Source: Aigarchaeota archaeon
GTDB taxonomy: Archaea > Thermoproteota > Nitrososphaeria_A > Caldarchaeales > Wolframiiraptoraceae
Reading direction: 5' to 3'
Assembly: GCA_025058515.1 (NCBI GenBank)
Contig: JANXDW010000015.1
Coordinates: forward strand, 16,937-40,936
Length of the DNA stretch: 24,000 nucleotides
Below are positions 16,857 to 24,000 of this stretch, piece after piece. The notes under the pieces were generated by a model. The model did no database searches. It had not been told where the DNA came from and worked only from the letters and a program-made list of their open reading frames with translations. Within the stretch, counting starts at the first letter, position 1. The number at the start of each line of letters is the position of its first letter. Both the position numbers and the translations under genes were made by a program.

Positions 16857-18299
16857 CTATATGTCGAAGTAGAGGTAGAATTCGTATGGATGAGGTTTAG
16901 AGTTTACTTCTATGAAATGTGACATCTCTATCTCTATTATCGTATCAATAAGTTCATCGGACATAACAGGTTTTAGGAACTCTCTATCAGATTTTAAAGA
17001 TTCTACTGCATCTTTCAAACTTCCTGGGAGTTCTCTTACTCCCAGCTCCCTTCTCTTCTCAGAGGTTAGTTTATAGATGTCTTCATCTACTGGATCTCCC
17101 GGCTCTATCTTATTCTTGATACCATCTAGACCTGCTGCGAGTATTGATGCAAAGCATAGATATGGATTAGCAGATGAATCAGGTGTTCTAAACTCTATCC
17201 TCTTCATACTTGAATTATTTCCTCCTCTAAAGTATGCTGGAACTCTAACATTTGCAGACCTATTTGACTTGCTCCAAGCTATGAAGACTGGGGCTTCGTA
17301 GCCTGGGGTCAGCCTCCTATACGAGTTCGTAGTAGGTGCAACAATAGCAGATAGAGCTCTACTGTGTTCAAGTAGTCCACCGATAAAGTATCTTGCAAGT
17401 TGGCTTAGTTCAGCATAATCGTCATCTGGATCATAGAAGAGGTTTAACCCATCTTTCCATATGCTTACGTGGACATGCATCCCTGAGCCATTATCTCCAT
17501 ATAAAGGTTTGGGCATAAAAGTAGCTATTAAACCCATCCGCCATGCAACATTCTTAACAACATACTTGTATGTCTGAACATTATCAGCCATCTTCACTAA
17601 ATTATCGTATTTTAAATCAATCTCACATTGACCTGCTGTAGCAACTTCATGATGATGTGCATCAACCTCTATCCTAAAGTATTCTGTAAGAATTCTACAT
17701 ACTTCACTCCGATACTCCATTAACGTATCCTGAGGGGGGACGGGGAAATATCCCTCCTTAAGTCTTATCGGGTAACCTTTACCAATACTACTCGAGCTCC
17801 ATGGAGCTTCTCTAGACTCAATATAGTAACTCATTCCTCTACCTGTCGTTGAGATATCCCAGAAGACTTTATCGAAGATGAAGAACTCGACTTCCGGACC
17901 CCAGTAAGATGCATCGAAACCAGATTCTACTAAATATTCTTCAGCTCTCTGTGCAACGTATCTTGGATCTTTACTAGATCTACCTCCACCATAACCTTTA
18001 TACACATCGCAGATCATTCTCGCAGTCCTGCCACCCTCTATACTCCATGGGAGTAATGCAAGAGTTGTGATATCCGGTTTCAATACCATGTCGGAATCGT
18101 ATATCTCTGCGAAACCCTTGATAGAAGAACCATCAAGTTTAGGTACTCCTTCAGTGAATATTTTATCATCTAAGTAGCTACCTGTAACGGTTACGTGATG
18201 AAGTCTACCAACAATATCTGTAAAATGGAGATCAATAAACTTTACGTTATTCAGTTTAACATATTCTTTGAAGTCCATGGTAGAAGTCTCCGCCTTCAT
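16857..18299 (-). CDS. glnA: glutamine synthetase, type I
   Basis: 480 aa with FIDLHFTDIVGRLHHVTV (beta-grasp N-domain), GSGMHVHVSIW, NSYRRL and RIEFRTPDSSANPYL, the canonical GSI motifs. Confidence 0.93.
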   Translation of the reverse strand: MKAETSTMDFKEYVKLNNVKFIDLHFTDIVGRLHHVTVTGSYLDDKIFTEGVPKLDGSSIKGFAEIYDSDMVLKPDITTLALLPWSIEGGRTARMICDVYKGYGGGRSSKDPRYVAQRAEEYLVESGFDASYWGPEVEFFIFDKVFWDISTTGRGMSYYIESREAPWSSSSIGKGYPIRLKEGYFPVPPQDTLMEYRSEVCRILTEYFRIEVDAHHHEVATAGQCEIDLKYDNLVKMADNVQTYKYVVKNVAWRMGLIATFMPKPLYGDNGSGMHVHVSIWKDGLNLFYDPDDDYAELSQLARYFIGGLLEHSRALSAIVAPTTNSYRRLTPGYEAPVFIAWSKSNRSANVRVPAYFRGGNNSSMKRIEFRTPDSSANPYLCFASILAAGLDGIKNKIEPGDPVDEDIYKLTSEKRRELGVRELPGSLKDAVESLKSDREFLKPVMSDELIDTIIEIEMSHFIEVNSKPHPYEFYLYFDI

Positions 18300-18325
18300 T
18301 CTTGATGGTTTATGAACAAACGTCG

Positions 18326-18352
18326 TATATAACTCTTGTTTTTCTAGAAAAA
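18326..18352 (-). promoter_or_regulatory. candidate glnA promoter: TATA box plus adjacent perfect 14-bp palindrome
   Basis: On the minus strand, TTATATA (plus coordinates 18326-18332) is centred about 30 nt upstream of the glnA ATG at 18299, which implies a leaderless or very short leader. Six nt upstream of it (after CAAGAG), covering the BRE position, is the perfect palindrome TTTTTCTAGAAAAA (18339-18352). Confidence 0.45.
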
Positions 18353-18607
18353 TGAACAGAAATATATGTATAACTTTGCATATTCAATTCTCATTATTCG
18401 TTATAAACTAGACAAATTTTAACTAATAAAGTTTTTCATTCATTAAATTAATAAACCATCAAAGACCTTTGCTACTTTCACTAAAGAGGTTTATCAAAAA
18501 AACTCATCGTTAGAAAAATAAATGATCATTATGGAGTTGACCTTCTTGATTATACTAAACTATTTATATCGCTTTAAGAATAGTAGTAGCGAACTAAGTT
18601 TAACCTT

Positions 18608-18771
18608 GGGGGCGTGGCCCAGGCTGGTGTAACCTAGTTGTCTCCTAGGGTTTACATCAGGGGGATCAATCCACCCATAGGGCTGACGGTCTACGGCGCC
18701 GGGCTCCAGATCTATCACTACTGGTTAGAGTAGTCACCCGGAGATCCCCGGTTCAAATCCGGGCGCCCCCA
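18608..18771 (+). tRNA. tRNA-Trp (CCA) with at least two introns (D-arm intron plus canonical 37/38 intron)
   Basis: Acceptor GGGGGCG/CGCCCCC with discriminator A; D arm begins GCCC-AGGCTGGT (18617-18628). Anticodon stem CCGGG (18699-18703) pairs with CCCGG (18737-18741); loop CTCCAG|A with anticodon CCA at 18706-18708. T arm CCCGG-TTCAAAT-CCGGG. A 26-nt intron lies at about 18710-18735 and contains the hairpin ACTACT-GGTTAG-AGTAGT. A further 50-64 nt insertion lies between D loop and D-stem 3' strand. The candidate TATA CTTTAAGAA (18572-18580) is about 30 nt upstream. Confidence 0.85.
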
Positions 18772-18780
18772 AACTACATA

Positions 18781-18799
18781 ATTTTTTCATCTAAAAAAT
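18781..18799. terminator. candidate bidirectional oligo-T terminator between convergent tRNA-Trp and GT2 gene
   Basis: ATTTTTT-CATCT-AAAAAAT is an inverted repeat that puts a T6-7 run on both strands. It lies 10 nt after the tRNA 3' end and about 127 nt after the GT2 stop. Confidence 0.45.
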
Positions 18800-18925
18800 A
18801 AGAGAGTATTATTTTTCATGAAGCCTCTTCCTTCAGTTCAAGTCTATTAAAGGTTCAGCCTTTCTATATACCACCTCTCTTTAGTAATCATCTGTTTTAA
18901 GATTGTTATCGATAAGTTACTGTTC

Positions 18926-20281
18926 TCAACTTGTTTTCTCTATAACTGTCCACCTAACACCCTTCCCCACATGTTTAGTCTTCTCCCAGAAAACATCTTT
19001 GAAGATCTGTTGATAGAATGCTCTTATCGCTGCTAAAGGCATCATGAAGTTCATGTAGAAGATCATATGAGGTAAATATTTGATTAAGGTTTTAGCTGTA
19101 CCCATCCCTTCAAGTACTGCTCCCTCTATCCACGTATAGTAATAGATTACGTTGAAGGCTAATGGTAGTATAGCCCACCATGGAAATACATTCTCCATAA
19201 GATTGAGCGGGATTACCTTGAAGTATTCTAAGACCCAGTATATTGTTAGAGAGTATGCTAACCAATTGAGTAAGACCATGATAGGTGCAATAAGCATGGA
19301 GATAATAGATAAAGCATTTATCAAGCTTAACCTCTTTATAACAGTCGGCTTGATAAGAACTCTAAAATATTTCTCTAAACTCTGAATCCATCCTCTAAAC
19401 CATCTAGTCCTCTGTTTCAACCAAGCTTTGAATGTTACCGGTGCTTCTTCCCAATGTCTAGCATCTAAGACCACCACCTTCCTACCAGAAAGATAAAATC
19501 TAACAGTTATCTCAGCATCTTCAGCTAAGTTTAATGGATCCCATCTACCAACTTCACTGATCGCATCTTTTCTTATGTAATTTCCTGTTCCACCTAAAGG
19601 TGTGAAGAAGCCTAGTTTAGACCTACCGTTAAGCATAACCCTAAACCATCCTGCATACTCCATAGAGAATATTCTTGTTATCCAGCTGTCTGATTCATTG
19701 CTTATCCTAAGGATAGCTTGAACGGAGTCAAGGTTATAGTTCTCAAATGCTGATGCGACTTTGATAAAAGTATCTACATCTGGAATATCTTCTACATCAA
19801 CTATTCCTATTATCTCACCTTTACAGAGTGTAAGTGAATCGTTTAAAGCGCTCGGCTTGGTAGGAAAATATTCTCTTCTAATAAGTGGAACCACTCTTCC
19901 AGGATAAACTTGAGAATACCAAGTCGATATCCTCTCACCTACAGGGTCTTCAGTTACAACTATGAGCTCTTTACGGTCTAGAGGATATTCAACATTATTT
20001 AAGCAAACTTCAATCGTTCTCTGTAGTATCGGTTCATCTCTTGCTGGAATTATAAGAGAGATCTTTGGATAAGTTCTCAGCTTAGTTTCAGGGTTGAATG
20101 GTTTCTTTAATCCAATTATCAGTATAACTAGATGATATATCCCCCAGAGAATGTATATTATAGTTAAACTATACGCTGTGAATATTAGCACTGGCTTAGG
20201 ATAGAGTATTAGTAGTAGGATGACCAGTGAGATGACTGTAAAGAATATTACTTGTTTAAATCTCACCAAGAATTCTCGCAC
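18926..20281 (-). CDS. membrane-embedded family-2 glycosyltransferase of the processive synthase type (cellulose synthase/PgaC/NodC-like)
   Basis: 451 aa. Two N-terminal TM helices, then a GT-A core with IIPARDEP, the DxD-like IVDVEDIPD and the catalytic-base context LAEDAE. The Q-x-x-R-W motif is QRTRW (nt 19400-19414, checked codon by codon). Several C-terminal TM helices follow. GTG start at 20281; alternatives are TTG 20269 and GTG 20266. All of these overlap the upstream gene. Confidence 0.8.
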   Translation of the reverse strand: MREFLVRFKQVIFFTVISLVILLLILYPKPVLIFTAYSLTIIYILWGIYHLVILIIGLKKPFNPETKLRTYPKISLIIPARDEPILQRTIEVCLNNVEYPLDRKELIVVTEDPVGERISTWYSQVYPGRVVPLIRREYFPTKPSALNDSLTLCKGEIIGIVDVEDIPDVDTFIKVASAFENYNLDSVQAILRISNESDSWITRIFSMEYAGWFRVMLNGRSKLGFFTPLGGTGNYIRKDAISEVGRWDPLNLAEDAEITVRFYLSGRKVVVLDARHWEEAPVTFKAWLKQRTRWFRGWIQSLEKYFRVLIKPTVIKRLSLINALSIISMLIAPIMVLLNWLAYSLTIYWVLEYFKVIPLNLMENVFPWWAILPLAFNVIYYYTWIEGAVLEGMGTAKTLIKYLPHMIFYMNFMMPLAAIRAFYQQIFKDVFWEKTKHVGKGVRWTVIEKTS

Positions 20282-21227
20282 CGACTATCTTTATAACCTC
20301 ATCTACTACTTTATCTATAGAATTAGATAGATTTTCAACTTTAATTATTTTTACCTTCTCAGGGTTAAATATACTTTCTAACTCTGGTCTAAAGCTTGAT
20401 GGTAATATTATTATCATTACTGAATTAGGGATGTCTACTGCTTCTATACTCATCAAGAGAGGATATCTCTCATCAATAAATTCTTCTGGAGCTATCTCGA
20501 TTATCAATGATGGATCTCCTTTAACGTATACAGGTATAGTATAAGCTACTCCACTCACTCCCTTGAGACTAGCAAATTTTACAACGTCTAACCCAAGTTT
20601 TTCAAGTTCATAAGCGAGAATCTCTACTTGCTCAAATACTTGAGAAAGGCTTTTTGATTTCTCTGACAATCGATATACTGAGCATCTTCTAACTTCTAAT
20701 TGCTGGACTCTATTCTTATGGTTCTTCTCACATTCCACTTCTACTAAAGGAACTTGGAAAACTGTTCTACAATCTCTACATATAAATCCGAATCCAGGTC
20801 TACCGTAGTCTATACCTACTCTCTTCATAACTTTACCACATTTTGGACAATGGTAAACACCTTCACTACTAAGTCTAAATTCTTCTACGCTATCTGTATA
20901 TCCACAGTCATAGTGAATTAAGAGATCCTTCTTTTCAATATTTCGTGAATTACATTCTGGACAAACTAAGAAGATGTGAAGACAAGTGTCTCCACATATT
21001 GGACAAGAGGGAAATGAAACCTCGCCAACGATCTCGATCAAACCTCTATCATAATATATTTTGAGCTTATCTTCTGGAACATCAACTCCGAAGACATCAT
21101 AGACTATCCCTACATCTTGCCTAATTCTAGGTTTAAACTCTACATGCTCATTTCTACGTAAAGCATGATAGACTGATGATAGAAAGTGTGTATCAATTGA
21201 TCTTAATCTCTTAGATTGCTCAGCCAA
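20256..21227 (-). CDS. cytoplasmic double zinc-ribbon protein (4x CxxC; TackOD1-like), function unknown
   Basis: 323 aa with no TM segments. The Cys cluster at aa about 74-153 (nt about 20769-21008) reads CPIC-x10-CPEC-x14-HYDCG-x20-CPKC-x19-CRDC. That gives two C4 ribbons, and the spacing matches my memory of the TackOD1 domain. The N-terminal 70 aa could be a winged helix (..KIYYDRGLIEIVGEV). The C-terminal about 130 aa is an alpha/beta region (GVSGVAYTIPVYV..LIIEI). TTG is the only possible start, because an in-frame stop lies 9 nt upstream. Confidence 0.55.
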   Translation of the reverse strand: MAEQSKRLRSIDTHFLSSVYHALRRNEHVEFKPRIRQDVGIVYDVFGVDVPEDKLKIYYDRGLIEIVGEVSFPSCPICGDTCLHIFLVCPECNSRNIEKKDLLIHYDCGYTDSVEEFRLSSEGVYHCPKCGKVMKRVGIDYGRPGFGFICRDCRTVFQVPLVEVECEKNHKNRVQQLEVRRCSVYRLSEKSKSLSQVFEQVEILAYELEKLGLDVVKFASLKGVSGVAYTIPVYVKGDPSLIIEIAPEEFIDERYPLLMSIEAVDIPNSVMIIILPSSFRPELESIFNPEKVKIIKVENLSNSIDKVVDEVIKIVGARILGEI

Positions 21228-21263
21228 TTGATCTCTTCACTGTAATGTGATAGTTTCAAGGAG

Positions 21264-21272
21264 TATATATAT
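21264..21272 (-). promoter_or_regulatory. candidate TATA box for the zinc-ribbon/GT2 operon
   Basis: TATATATAT is centred about 41 nt upstream of the TTG start at 21227. It is the only strong TATA-like element close to the start. Confidence 0.35.
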
Positions 21273-21738
21273 CAAGCGGTTGTACCGTTTAAAGTATAAG
21301 AATGCTGCTGGGATTTGAAGTAGTATAGATTGATTATACTAATAATTGCCCTGTAGGTACTAGTAAGGTCGGCGGATTCATAAAGTTCGAAAACTAATTA
21401 TCCTCATATATAAGATGGTCTCAGTTTCAAATACTCAAAGTAGAACAATAATAAGGATTCTTTTAAGAAAAACCCGAATTTACATAAGTTCTTAAAGATA
21501 AGAAGATTCTTAATAATCTTAAGGCTAGTCAAGAGGTATATATTAAGTAGAGATAAATTAACCCGATTTACTTATTATAAATTATAAATCTAAAAATACT
21601 GGGAACCGAAAATTAAGCGATGAGATTATCTAAGCTCTATCAAGTACCCTCTCACTCTCGGTATTATCGTTTAGAGGTGTCCGCTACTATAGTTTTCAGA
21701 AAGGTTTAGATACGATAAAATTACGATGGATTGGATTT

Positions 21739-22134
21739 TCAGATTATAGTTTCTATTCTCTCAAAGATATCTCTTACAGATAGTATCCCCACTATGTTGT
21801 TGTTATTATCTACGACTGGTAGATGTCTGATTTTATGCGTAATCATAATATTCCTCGCTTCATTCACACTTTTATCTTCCGTTATCCTGATGGGATTTAC
21901 TCTCATGTATTCTTTAACAGGTTTAAGAGGATCAACTCCATCTTTAAATAATTTTAAAAAATCTCTCTCAGTTATTATCCCTAAACATTTTCTAGATTCA
22001 TCAACTACTACAGCACTCCCGACGTTTCTCTCCATCATCATCTCTGCTACTTCTTTTAAAGACGAGTTAGGAGAAACTAACAAGATGTTCTTACTCATTA
22101 TGTCCGATACCTTTACAGATGTTAATCCTCCCAT
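21739..22134 (-). CDS. CBS-pair (Bateman domain) protein
   Basis: 131 aa with two CBS repeats: VSDIMSKNILLVSPNSSLKEVAEMMMERNVGSAVVVDESRKCLGIITERDFLK and VKEYMRVNPIRITEDKSVNEARNIMITHKIRHLPVVDNNNNIVGILSVRDIFE. The overlapping plus-strand ORF 21731..22180 is low-complexity antisense. Confidence 0.85.
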   Translation of the reverse strand: MGGLTSVKVSDIMSKNILLVSPNSSLKEVAEMMMERNVGSAVVVDESRKCLGIITERDFLKLFKDGVDPLKPVKEYMRVNPIRITEDKSVNEARNIMITHKIRHLPVVDNNNNIVGILSVRDIFERIETII

Positions 22135-22255
22135 TTTACACTATCTCCTTCTAGCATCATGTATTTTAAGATATATGTAATAAACAGTTTCTAGTTTTTC
22201 AAGTTAGATTATTATGAGAATACTTATATCTTTAAGAAAAGTTTAAGACTTTAGT

Positions 22256-23266
22256 ATGACCGATTCATCTTTACAAGATGTATATGATATTACTATTATC
22301 GGTGCTGGACCTACTGGACTATATGCTGCTTTCTATGCTTCAGGGATGAGGGGGATGAAGACCAAGATCATAGAAGCTCTTGATAAAGTAGGTGGACAGC
22401 TAACAATATTATATCCTGATAAGTATATCTATGATGTAGCTGGTTTTCCAAAAATCCTTGCAAAAGACTTAGTTAGACAGTTAGAGTATCAAGCTCTCTC
22501 ACACAATCCAACGGTCGTTTTGGGAGAGTATGTTAAAGAGATAGAATTCTTAAAAGATAAGATTATCATGTTGAAGACAGATAAGAATGTACATTATACG
22601 AAGACCGCATTGATCTGTACAGGTCGAGGAGCATTGAAACCTAGGAAGCTCAATAATCCATCTGTAGAAAGATTTGAGGGTAGAGGTGTGTACTATCAAG
22701 TTACGGATAAGTGGCAGTTCCGAGATAAGCAGGTCATGATAGTCGGGGGAGGAGACTCAGCTGTAGATTGGGCTCTAGAGTTAAAAGATATAGCAAGTCA
22801 AGTTATTCTCGTTCACAGAAGAGAAGGTTTTAGAGCTCATGAAAGAAGTGTTGCAGAATTATTCAACTCACCTATAAAGGTCATGATCCCCTATGAAGTA
22901 AAAGAAGCATATGGCTCGGATAAACTCGAATCGGTAAAGATTTTTAATAATAAGACTGGAGAAGAAGAATTATTTAAGATAGACTCATTGATTCTACAGC
23001 TCGGCTATGAAGTTGATTCTTCGATATTTAGGAGATGGGGTTTAGAAATGATTGATAATTTTATAAAAGTGAATGGGAGGATGGAGACCAATCTTCCAGG
23101 AGTTTATGCTGCAGGCGATATTGCCTACCCCATAGACTCTGTCAAGCTGAATCTTATAGTTGTAGGATTCGCTCAAGCTGCAATAGCTGTTAACATGGCG
23201 AAGAACTATATAGACCCAAGCTCCAGCATCTTCCCAGGACATAGTTCAGAGAAGAGAGTAATATAG
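22256..23266 (+). CDS. ferredoxin-NADP(+) reductase, thioredoxin-reductase-like type (YumC family)
   Basis: Near-collinear with the Bacillus YumC pattern as I recall it: YDITIIGAGPTGLYAAFY, GGQLTILYPDKYIYDVAGFPKI, GGGDSAVDWAL, HRREGFRAHE and AAGDIA. It lacks the CxxC redox motif of true TrxB. Confidence 0.8.
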   Translation: MTDSSLQDVYDITIIGAGPTGLYAAFYASGMRGMKTKIIEALDKVGGQLTILYPDKYIYDVAGFPKILAKDLVRQLEYQALSHNPTVVLGEYVKEIEFLKDKIIMLKTDKNVHYTKTALICTGRGALKPRKLNNPSVERFEGRGVYYQVTDKWQFRDKQVMIVGGGDSAVDWALELKDIASQVILVHRREGFRAHERSVAELFNSPIKVMIPYEVKEAYGSDKLESVKIFNNKTGEEELFKIDSLILQLGYEVDSSIFRRWGLEMIDNFIKVNGRMETNLPGVYAAGDIAYPIDSVKLNLIVVGFAQAAIAVNMAKNYIDPSSSIFPGHSSEKRVI

Positions 23267-23389
23267 CTGACTCTGAGATTTCAAGATTTACATAGTTGAG
23301 ATATCTCTTCAGATCAACATAGCATTAAGATAGAGATAGAATAGATATATTTTATTACTTATCTAGTTATCGTATTGGACGTGGGATAA

Positions 23390-24000
23390 GTGAGTAGTCT
23401 AGAAGGCTATCGTGGAGAGATTAGAGAGTTACTGGAATTAGCTGGTGTTGACATCGGCGATGAGATAGAATTGATAGTAAATGGAGAGAGGTATCGCGGT
23501 ATACTGATCAGTAGATACGAGTTAGCAGAACCTGGATATATTGTGATAAAGCTATCTAATGGATATAATATTGGAATTAGAGTTAAAGGTAGAGTAGAGG
23601 TCAAGAAGCTTTCAGGAGTTGGTAAGCCCATCTTCAAACCTCCGGCTAGACCTAGACATATCACAGGTCTTCCAAAAGTAGTAGTAATAGGTACAGGTGG
23701 AACTATAGCTAGTAGGATAGATTATAGAACAGGTGGCGTGAGACCAGTCTTAACTGCAGATGATCTTCTATCAATTATACCAGAGCTTTCAACTATAGCA
23801 GACCTAGATGCAACTATACTTTTCTCAGTATTTAGCGAGGACATGACACCTACTGATTGGTCTTCTATCGCTATCAAAGTAGATGAATATATCAAGAAGG
23901 GGGTTGAGGGGGTTGTAATAGCTCATGGAACAGATACTATGGGTTATTCTGCAGCTGCATTAAGCTTCGCTCTCCAGAAACCACCTATACCACTAGTCTT
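23390..24000 (+). CDS. gatD: Glu-tRNA(Gln) amidotransferase subunit D (GatD), N-terminal part; continues past window end
   Basis: GTG at 23390 directly follows an in-frame TAA, and the frame stays open to the window end. Translation gives VSSLEGYRGEIRELLELAGVDIGDEIELIVNGERYRGILI...IKLSNGYNIGI, the GatD N-domain. It continues VVVIGTGGTIASRIDYRTGGV and IAHGTDTM, the asparaginase-type motifs. This ORF is absent from the supplied track because it has no stop in the window. Confidence 0.88.
   Translation, partial: MSSLEGYRGEIRELLELAGVDIGDEIELIVNGERYRGILISRYELAEPGYIVIKLSNGYNIGIRVKGRVEVKKLSGVGKPIFKPPARPRHITGLPKVVVIGTGGTIASRIDYRTGGVRPVLTADDLLSIIPELSTIADLDATILFSVFSEDMTPTDWSSIAIKVDEYIKKGVEGVVIAHGTDTMGYSAAALSFALQKPPIPLV

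Noticed and set aside
18629-18692. A C/D-box sRNA embedded in the tRNA-Trp intron, as in euryarchaeal pre-tRNA-Trp.
   Set aside because: A CTGA (D-box-like) is present at 18683-18686, but I find no RUGAUGA C box or C'/D' pair in the intron, so the idea is not supported.
21414-21709. Small ORFs in the long intergenic region (26 codons at 21414-21494 and 29 codons at 21620-21709, both plus strand) as candidate micro-proteins.
   Set aside because: They are on the opposite strand to both flanking genes and have no SD or TATA at a suitable distance. Their compositions look unremarkable and translation-like only by chance. They cannot be supported without ribosome profiling or conservation.
379-23664. 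Antisense or shadow ORFs in the supplied track: 379-636, 633-845, 4373-4705, 4724-4924, 5556-5747, 6476-6889, 7634-7843, 8689-8970, 9093-9365, 9444-9686, 11936-12199, 12830-13024, 13359-13712, 15337-15591, 17077-17301, 19152-19385, 21731-22180, 23042-23242 and 23407-23664.
   Set aside because: Each lies entirely or mostly inside a longer ORF on the opposite strand that carries clear family motifs. Their translations are low-complexity (Ser/Leu/Ile-rich) with no recognisable motifs. The 23407-23664 ORF is antisense to gatD, which the track omitted only because gatD has no stop in the window.

Overview
AT-rich archaeal chromosomal segment; GC looks like the mid-30s percent by eye and was not computed. 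Archaeal hallmarks are intron-containing tRNAs (one with a non-canonical D-arm intron), TATA-like boxes about 25-40 nt upstream of starts, many GTG/TTG starts, GatD, and an archaeal-type RNase J. This suggests a low-GC member of the Thermoproteota/TACK group, but the taxon cannot be fixed from sequence alone. Most of the window is housekeeping. In order: a BMP/CUT2-type ABC importer (ATPase plus two permeases), aroA-aroC plus a DUF429 gene, cutA, and a FecCD/BtuF-type binding protein and permease with no ATPase gene. These are followed by a diverged HemL-family aminotransferase, tRNA-Phe, Fe-alcohol dehydrogenase, RNase J, a 4xCBS protein with an HPF/RaiA-like C-terminus, and a DUF457 membrane hydrolase. 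The window ends with glnA, tRNA-Trp, a two-gene zinc-ribbon plus processive GT2 synthase operon, a CBS-pair protein, a TrxR-like ferredoxin-NADP reductase and the 5' part of gatD. Best candidates for something undescribed: (1) the translationally coupled double zinc-ribbon (TackOD1-like) protein and membrane-embedded QxxRW glycosyltransferase, preceded by a 511-nt ORF-free region rich in short repeats; (2) the CBSx4-HPF-like fusion, divergent from RNase J. No CRISPR array, transposase, integrase or recognisable defence genes were seen. All family calls rest on motif recognition by eye; no searches were run.
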